Source: an uncultured Phycisphaerales bacterium (lineage in GTDB: Bacteria; Planctomycetota; Phycisphaerae; WQYP01). Taken from it: a DNA stretch of 64,000 nucleotides. The notes beneath the pieces are model-generated. The model searched no databases and was not told the origin of the DNA. It saw nothing but the letters and a program-made list of their open reading frames with translations. The stretch covers positions 8,230-72,229 of the forward strand of contig CAIMWO010000077.1 of assembly GCA_903845195.1 (NCBI GenBank), given 5' to 3'. Position 1 is the first letter of the stretch, and every line of letters starts with the position of its first letter. The position numbers and the translations under genes were made by a program. Below are positions 58,454-64,000 of this stretch, in pieces.

Positions 58454-59419
58454 TCATTTGGCGCCATCGAACTGCCAGAGGATGACCGAGGGGAGCGGAT
58501 CGGGCAGGGGGAATTCCTTGTCGCCAGCGTAGGCTTTGCGAGTTTTGTCCACGGTTCGAAAGCCCAGCGGCTGGCCTTTTTTTAGTGTGACTGTTGCCAC
58601 CGTATTGGAGATCGACTTCATGTCACCACTCTTCAAACTATAATTGCCATCTTCGGGGGCGTTGACGGGATTGGTGAAAGTTGAGAAGACCAGCCACGCT
58701 GACAGGCTTCCCTTTCCGGCGGCATATTTCTGAAGGATTACCCAGTCCAAGTCCCGGTTTTGTTCGGCAGTGAGTGCGGCGCGAACCTGCTTGCGAGCGG
58801 CGACGGCCAAGTCGTTGAATTGGGACATTGCATTTCGTTTTTCCGCATCGCTTGTTACCGGGTCGTTGGCGATTTTCAGCTCAGCAGTAAGCTTCGTCTG
58901 AAGGTTGTTCACAATTGCTTTCGTCTGAGTACGGTGGTTTTCATCCATGGATACGGCATCCAACGCTTCAAGGTAGATGTCCGGTTTGCCGTGCGGCCAG
59001 GCGGTGCTTTGCAACAATGCGGTTTCGGTCATTGTAATTTGGGTGGCGCGCAAAGATATCCAGTAGAGATCCATTCGATCCTGGACGAATTTGCACGCTG
59101 GTTTCATCAGAAGTTCAACCTGCGCATAGGCGGGCATCCAATCGTGTTGGTCTTTGATTCCATCGAGAATTTTTTGAATCCCTGCGTCGAATTCCTTCCG
59201 CATGGCGAAAAGCTTTTCCTTGTCGACATCACTGACGCCGGGATAGGCCAGCACGGAATCGATCATTTGATGAATTGATTCGCTCATGCCGGTGACGAGC
59301 TTGTTCGCTTGAATTGTTGGTGAAGCAGTCTGGGCGGGTTCAGTTTGGCCTGCGGCGGGCCAGTTGATGCAAAGCACAAGGGCAATGACCGTCAGCGCGA
59401 TGGCACAATGAGTCTTCAT
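58454..59419 (-). CDS. Hypothetical secreted protein
   Basis: GGAG RBS before MKTHCAIAL signal peptide; the longer 535-aa ORF-track entry overlaps the upstream gene. Confidence 0.65.
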   Translation of the reverse strand: MKTHCAIALTVIALVLCINWPAAGQTEPAQTASPTIQANKLVTGMSESIHQMIDSVLAYPGVSDVDKEKLFAMRKEFDAGIQKILDGIKDQHDWMPAYAQVELLMKPACKFVQDRMDLYWISLRATQITMTETALLQSTAWPHGKPDIYLEALDAVSMDENHRTQTKAIVNNLQTKLTAELKIANDPVTSDAEKRNAMSQFNDLAVAARKQVRAALTAEQNRDLDWVILQKYAAGKGSLSAWLVFSTFTNPVNAPEDGNYSLKSGDMKSISNTVATVTLKKGQPLGFRTVDKTRKAYAGDKEFPLPDPLPSVILWQFDGAK

Positions 59420-59444
59420 GTGAGTGGCTCCAGAAAGTGCGGAT

Positions 59445-60281
59445 CTACTTTGGGACGCTGCCGGCGAGGCCGCGTTTGGGATCGGGTTTTTCGGGGAGGG
59501 TGAAGTCGAGGTGGGCTTCGCCGGAGGAGGGATCGATCTCGATTCCCCCGATCTGGGGAACGAACTGCCAGTTTTTGGGAAGGGCATCGCCTTTACTGCG
59601 CCAGCGGGCCATGACTTTTTCGGTGTTCTTGTCTTTTGCCCAGCCGCCGAAGAGGTTTTCGAAGTACCAGAGTTCGGTGCGGTAGATGACTTCGCCGCCT
59701 TTGTCGGCGTAGAAGTCGCGGGTGCGGATGAGTTCGACGAGCACGGTGGCGTGCTTGTGATCGGCAGCGATCCAGAGCACGCGGCATTTGTCGTAGAACT
59801 CGGGAATCTTGGCGACCCAGTCTTCGATCCACTGGCGATCCTCGGCGGTCGCGGGTTTGTCGGGAGTGATTTCGCGGTGGTAGTCCATGGAGACGCCTTC
59901 CCAGCGCGTGGTTTCGACGGCGGCGTTTTTAGTCCAGACGATGAGGTCATAGGTGCGGCCGGGGAGGAGTTTGGGGATGAGGAACGCGCCGGTTTGGGGA
60001 TCGAACTGGGCTTCGTAGACGAAATCATCGCGGCAGTCGGACTTGCTGGTCTTGAGGACATCGGCCCATTGGCGATCGACGGCGACGATGCGTGTGAGGG
60101 TGTCCTTGGTTTTGATGTTGCCTTGGATCTGGCTCGCCGTGGCTTTGGCGGTGGCGGCAGGTTGGGAGGCAGGAATTGTGGAGGGAGATTCCCCCTGGCC
60201 GCTGAGGCACAGCGCGCCGAGGGCCAGCAGGAGCATTCCGCAGGTTCGGACGAGGTGATTGGAACGTCCAGCGGATTTCAT
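59445..60281 (-). CDS. Hypothetical secreted protein
   Basis: Hydrophobic N-terminal signal, low-complexity linker, globular C-terminus. Confidence 0.65.
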   Translation of the reverse strand: MKSAGRSNHLVRTCGMLLLALGALCLSGQGESPSTIPASQPAATAKATASQIQGNIKTKDTLTRIVAVDRQWADVLKTSKSDCRDDFVYEAQFDPQTGAFLIPKLLPGRTYDLIVWTKNAAVETTRWEGVSMDYHREITPDKPATAEDRQWIEDWVAKIPEFYDKCRVLWIAADHKHATVLVELIRTRDFYADKGGEVIYRTELWYFENLFGGWAKDKNTEKVMARWRSKGDALPKNWQFVPQIGGIEIDPSSGEAHLDFTLPEKPDPKRGLAGSVPK

Positions 60282-60399
60282 GGAGGGGTCCTTGGAAAGT
60301 GCAACTGCACTGTTGGAAAGTGTAGGCCGAGGTGATCGTCGCCACAACAGGAGGTCGGCTGCCGTTGCGGGTGGCGGCGAACGGCTCGATAATCCGGGC

Positions 60400-60792
60400 A
60401 TGAGTAAGGAACGCCGATCTTTTCTGACTTCGCGGGCTCATTCGTTTGGGTATGCGTTTCGTGGATTGTGGACACTGCTACGAACGCAGCGGAACGCGTG
60501 GATTCATGCGGCAGCAACGGTTCTTGCGGTTGTGGCGGGATTCGTGGTGCATCTGGGCGCCAGCGACTGGTGCTGGCTCATCGCGGCGATCGCACTGGTA
60601 TGGATCGCGGAGGGGCTGAACACGGCGGTGGAGTTTGTCTGCGACGCATTGCATCCGGAGCGGCATCCGTTGATTCGGAATGCGAAGGACATCGGCGCGG
60701 CGGCGGTGCTGCTGGCGGCGCTGGCGGCGGCCGCCATCGGCGCGATCGTGTTCTGGCCGCACATCTCAGGGGGAATCATCCATCAAGGGTAG
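60400..60792 (+). CDS. dgkA: Prokaryotic diacylglycerol/undecaprenol kinase
   Basis: SFGYAFRG, RNAWIH, EGLNTAVE..D, AKDIGAAAV. Confidence 0.9.
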   Translation: MSKERRSFLTSRAHSFGYAFRGLWTLLRTQRNAWIHAAATVLAVVAGFVVHLGASDWCWLIAAIALVWIAEGLNTAVEFVCDALHPERHPLIRNAKDIGAAAVLLAALAAAAIGAIVFWPHISGGIIHQG

Positions 60793-61879
60793 TGCGTTTG
60801 AGTTCCTCGGCAAAGCGCGGGGGAACACTGGTGATTGAAGGGACGTTCTCGTTCTTGCGAATGCGGTGGATGAGGTCGATGCAGGTGGTGATGATTTCGC
60901 GGGCATCGTAGCCGATGCGTTGGCACAATACGGCACTCGGGGTAGGCCAGGGGAAGTTGCAGTGGGCGATCACTTCGACATCTTCGGGGACGCGCACCTT
61001 GGCGTCGAGCATGCCGATGGAAGCGGGTTCGACGAGATTGTCATCGGAGATGAAGAAGGCATCGGGACGGTCTTCAGGATGGGAGAAGAGGAGGCGCGTG
61101 AGATTGCGCGCGGCAGCGGGGTAGTCCAGGTGTACCTGCTGCATCCACTCAGGCTTGGTGGACAGACCGTGTGCGCGCATCTCCGCCAGCAGCGATTGCT
61201 CGAATTGTTCGGTAAGGCGACCGAAATTGGAGTTACTGAGGAACGCCACGCGCCTGCGGCCGCGGTTGAAAAGGTAACTCATGACCTTATCGGTCATACC
61301 CACGAGATTGACGGCGGGCACGGAGGGCATGGGTTGAGTCATGATGCCGACGCAGGGTATGCCCGGAGCTTCGGTTTGGATCTGATCGATGGTGTTTCGT
61401 ACGGGGGGATTGACGAAGATAAGGCCGGCGACGCGGGAGGCGCGAACATCTTCGATCAGGATACTATGATCTTGATAATCCGAGGGGTAGCTTATTTTGC
61501 GGTAGAAGTGGAAACGCGGATCGAAGCCATTATCGAGTGCGGTGGCTTCATTGAAGATGGCGGTTTCGAAGCGGGTCCAGCCTTGTCCGGCGGCCTGATT
61601 GGCGAAGACCAGGCCGTAGGAGCAGAGGTGCGGGGGCGTGTCGGCGACGAGTGTACCGGCCATGCCGCGGGCGGTGGCAAATCCGTCGGCGATGAGGGTA
61701 TCGAAGATTTTTTGGATGGTTTCGGCGGCGAGGCTGAATTTAGAGCACATTTCGAGACGCGTGGGGAAGCGGTCGCCGGGCTTGAGTTGTCCGGTAATAA
61801 TCTGTTTGCGGAGGTGTGCGAGCACTTTTACCGCTTTTTCGGAGAGCTGGTCTGTGGATTTCTCTTTCTTTTTCGCCAT
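60776..61879 (-). CDS. GntR wHTH plus LacI-type ligand-binding domain regulator (AraR-like architecture)
   Basis: LRKQIITGQLKPGDRFPT; RRRVAFL, PDAFFISDD, VRVPEDVEVI. Confidence 0.85.
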   Translation of the reverse strand: MAKKKEKSTDQLSEKAVKVLAHLRKQIITGQLKPGDRFPTRLEMCSKFSLAAETIQKIFDTLIADGFATARGMAGTLVADTPPHLCSYGLVFANQAAGQGWTRFETAIFNEATALDNGFDPRFHFYRKISYPSDYQDHSILIEDVRASRVAGLIFVNPPVRNTIDQIQTEAPGIPCVGIMTQPMPSVPAVNLVGMTDKVMSYLFNRGRRRVAFLSNSNFGRLTEQFEQSLLAEMRAHGLSTKPEWMQQVHLDYPAAARNLTRLLFSHPEDRPDAFFISDDNLVEPASIGMLDAKVRVPEDVEVIAHCNFPWPTPSAVLCQRIGYDAREIITTCIDLIHRIRKNENVPSITSVPPRFAEELKRTTLDG

Positions 61880-61963
61880 GGCTTACTTCCTAACAAGATA
61901 TTTTACGTTAATTTAATCAATTCGACAAATGTATAATATTCTAGAATTATTCAAAAAATGTCC

Positions 61964-61991
61964 TTGCATTCGTTTTTCCCTGTGGTAATCT
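61964..61991 (+). promoter_or_regulatory. Predicted promoter of the PEP-CTERM gene; duplicated at 63412
   Basis: TTGCAT-16 nt-TAATCT with extended TG; boxes identical in both copies. Confidence 0.6.
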
Positions 61992-61998
61992 TTTCATA

Positions 61999-62291
61999 AG
62001 AGCCCATCAAGGGCTCTGGCCATTCTAAATGCTCCCGCAGACCTGCCAACGGCAGCGTGACGGGGGTTCCCAACGAGAGTAGAGAGAGCGAGCGCACGAG
62101 AGGATCGTAACGGTTTATCTTGCGCGTGTCACTTGCGAATGGATCGGTAGTTCACGATCCGTCCATGAATCTAACCGACGGCAGAACGTGCGGCCAGAGG
62201 CCGTGCGCGCAGCCGCTGCGAATGCTCCGCCACGACAATGGGTCGTGCGGTAAGGTGAAGAAGGCTCTCTTTTTGAAAAGGTGAGAGGATT
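61999..62291 (+). ncRNA. Candidate structured 5' leader RNA, copy A
   Basis: Six hairpins shared with copy B; many differences preserve pairing. Confidence 0.5.
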
Positions 62292-63014
62292 ATGAGTATC
62301 ACGCGGAACTATCTATTGGCGTTGGCAGCGTTGAGTGTGGTCGGAATCGCGGGGGCAGCCCAGGCGGCGGTTATCACCTGGACGAATGGCACCTTCAGCG
62401 ATACGACCATCTTGCCGACCTCCAATGTGGTGTATGCCGTGGACACGGGGGGCAGCGGGGGATCTGCGGCGGGTCTTACTTGGTACTCGCACCAGAAATG
62501 GGATAACAATAATGATAGTGCCGTAGCGGGGTATTGGGCCTGGGAAAGTCGAAATGGCTGGATGAATCGCGACACGGGCGACGCGGGCTTCAATGCCATC
62601 CTCAGCAATTACCTTTTCAATCCCAATGATAGTGGTCCGCAAGCAATCGAGCTTAGGAGTCTTACCATCGGGAAGACGTACGAAGTCTTGCTGCTGAATG
62701 CAACCGATAGCACCTACTTTGGGGCGGCGACATTCCAAGCTGCCGACGGTATTAGCGGAGCGAATCTGGCGGGCGATATCTCCGCCGCCCAGCAGTACGC
62801 CTACCAAACAGGTCCCATCGGCGGGTACTTGAACGGCACGTTCACGGCCGATGCCGTGACGCAGACATTATATGTCAAGGCGAGTTCAGAAGGCGGTGCC
62901 ATTCACGCGTTTGTCGTGTCAGAGGTCGTGGTGCCGATCACTCCGGAACCGGCTTCTCTGGGCTTGCTGGGATTGGGCGGACTGGCGTTGCTGGCGCGTC
63001 GGCGCCGGGCATAA
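62292..63014 (+). CDS. PEP-CTERM sorting-domain protein
   Basis: GAGG RBS; signal ending AQA; TPEPASLGLLGLGGLALLARRRRA. Confidence 0.9.
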   Translation: MSITRNYLLALAALSVVGIAGAAQAAVITWTNGTFSDTTILPTSNVVYAVDTGGSGGSAAGLTWYSHQKWDNNNDSAVAGYWAWESRNGWMNRDTGDAGFNAILSNYLFNPNDSGPQAIELRSLTIGKTYEVLLLNATDSTYFGAATFQAADGISGANLAGDISAAQQYAYQTGPIGGYLNGTFTADAVTQTLYVKASSEGGAIHAFVVSEVVVPITPEPASLGLLGLGGLALLARRRRA

Positions 63015-63039
63015 GCGACGAAACGGCATAGCGTATTAT

Positions 63040-63082
63040 CCGCAGCCGCAGCTATCATTGATAGCTGCGGCTGCGGTCTTTT
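63040..63082 (+). terminator. Intrinsic terminator
   Basis: Perfect 17-bp stem CCGCAGCCGCAGCTATC/GATAGCTGCGGCTGCGG followed by TCTTTT. Confidence 0.8.
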
Positions 63083-63109
63083 GATGCGCCAAGTTGTGGT
63101 GCGTGAACA

Positions 63110-63313
63110 CCCGCCCGTGGGTAATGCGGCTATCGAGGATCTTCTGGATGATCTCTCCGGCCAAGCTGAATAATTCAGAGCACATTTCGAGACGTGTGTG
63201 GAAGAGGTCGCCGGGATTGAATTGGCCTGCAATAATCTGTTTGCGAAGGTGAGCCACCACCCTTACCGCCGTTTCGGTAGAGAGGGTCGGTGGATTTCCC
63301 TTCACTGAGCCAT
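63110..63313 (-). pseudogene. Truncated duplicate of the GntR-LacI regulator 5' end
   Basis: HLRKQIIAGQFNPGDLFHTRLEMCS matches the N-terminus of 60776-61879; native start reads ATG GCT CAG TGA; no ligand-binding domain. Confidence 0.8.
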
Positions 63314-63446
63314 GATGTTATTAGCCATGATTCTATCGTGACGACAAATCTTACGTTACATTAGTTAATTCAATAAATATAGCACATTTCGGAATTATTT
63401 AAAAAAATACATTGCATTCGTTTTTTCCTGTGGTAATCTCTTAATA

Positions 63447-63733
63447 AGAGCCCAGCAAGGGTTTTGGCAATTCAAATGCCCTTTTGGCCACTGCGAGTGG
63501 TTCGAAGGGGTTCCCAACGAGAGTAGAGAGAGCGAGCGCACGAGAAAATCGTAATTGGTTTTCTCACGCGTGTCACTTGCGAATGGATCGGTTGTTCACG
63601 ATCGGTCCATGAACCTAACCGAGGGCAGACCGTACGGCTTGTGGTCGTGCGCGCAGTCGCTGCAAATGCTCCGCCACGACAACGGGTCGTGCGGTAAGGT
63701 AAGGAACGGCTCTTTCAAAAAGGCGAGAGAATT
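63447..63733 (+). ncRNA. Candidate structured 5' leader RNA, copy B
   Basis: Paralog of 61999-62291. Confidence 0.5.
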
Positions 63734-64000
63734 ATGAGTATCGCGCGGAACTATCTATTGGCGTTGGCGGCGTTGAGTGTGGTCGGAGTGACGGCGGCGG
63801 CGCAAGCGGCGACCATGACATGGACGAATGGCACCTTCAGCAACACGTCTATCTTGCCGACATCCAATGTGGTGTATGCCGTGGATACGGGCGGCGGCGG
63901 CGGGGTTACGGTGACTGCCGCAGGCATCGATTGGTACTCTCACCAAAAGTACGATACCTACAATGATGGTGCTGTCGCGGGCTATGATGACTGGGATCGT
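63734..64000 (+). CDS. Paralog of the 62292 PEP-CTERM protein, truncated by the window edge
   Basis: MSIARNYLLALAALSVVGVTAAAQAATMTWTNGTFSNTSILPTSNVVYAVDTGG...WYSHQK. Confidence 0.85.
   Translation, partial: MSIARNYLLALAALSVVGVTAAAQAATMTWTNGTFSNTSILPTSNVVYAVDTGGGGGVTVTAAGIDWYSHQKYDTYNDGAVAGYDDWDR

Noticed and set aside
58454..60061. 535-aa ORF as a single gene
   Set aside because: Its N-terminal ~214 aa is an alternative frame of the upstream gene; the real start with RBS and signal peptide is at 59419.
61999..62291. Known c-di-GMP riboswitch in the PEP-CTERM leader
   Set aside because: Could not find the GEMM-type GGCAAA/GNRA-receptor signature; kept as an unknown structured leader.

Overview
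High-GC bacterial chromosomal segment, most likely from a planctomycete (Phycisphaerae-like; inferred from many PEP-CTERM proteins, the CxxCGYDLRAS..RCPECG protein family and a GntR-LacI hybrid regulator). Core genes: aminotransferase, two PilT ATPases, MATE, tmRNA, three tRNAs (Lys, Pro, Ala), cysC-PHP-cysH, rpoB-rpoC, an ArsR-methyltransferase regulator (SahR-like) with ahcY, phosphomannose isomerase, pseudouridine synthase, metH, trpB, priA and dgkA. Accessory genes: five complete PEP-CTERM genes plus one partial paralog, glycoside hydrolases and hicBA. Most notable unexplained signals: (1) a duplicated ~290-nt PEP-CTERM 5' leader whose hairpins are kept by pairing-compatible substitutions (candidate new structured RNA); (2) the same AATTCAG heptamer array sitting in-frame in two housekeeping genes; (3) a 60-bp duplicate of the ahcY 3' end bounding a small islet; (4) an unannotated 39-aa prepilin-like ORF; (5) multi-kb G/C skew blocks independent of gene direction. 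No CRISPR array, integrase or transposase was found. All calls come from motif reading by eye, with no database searches.
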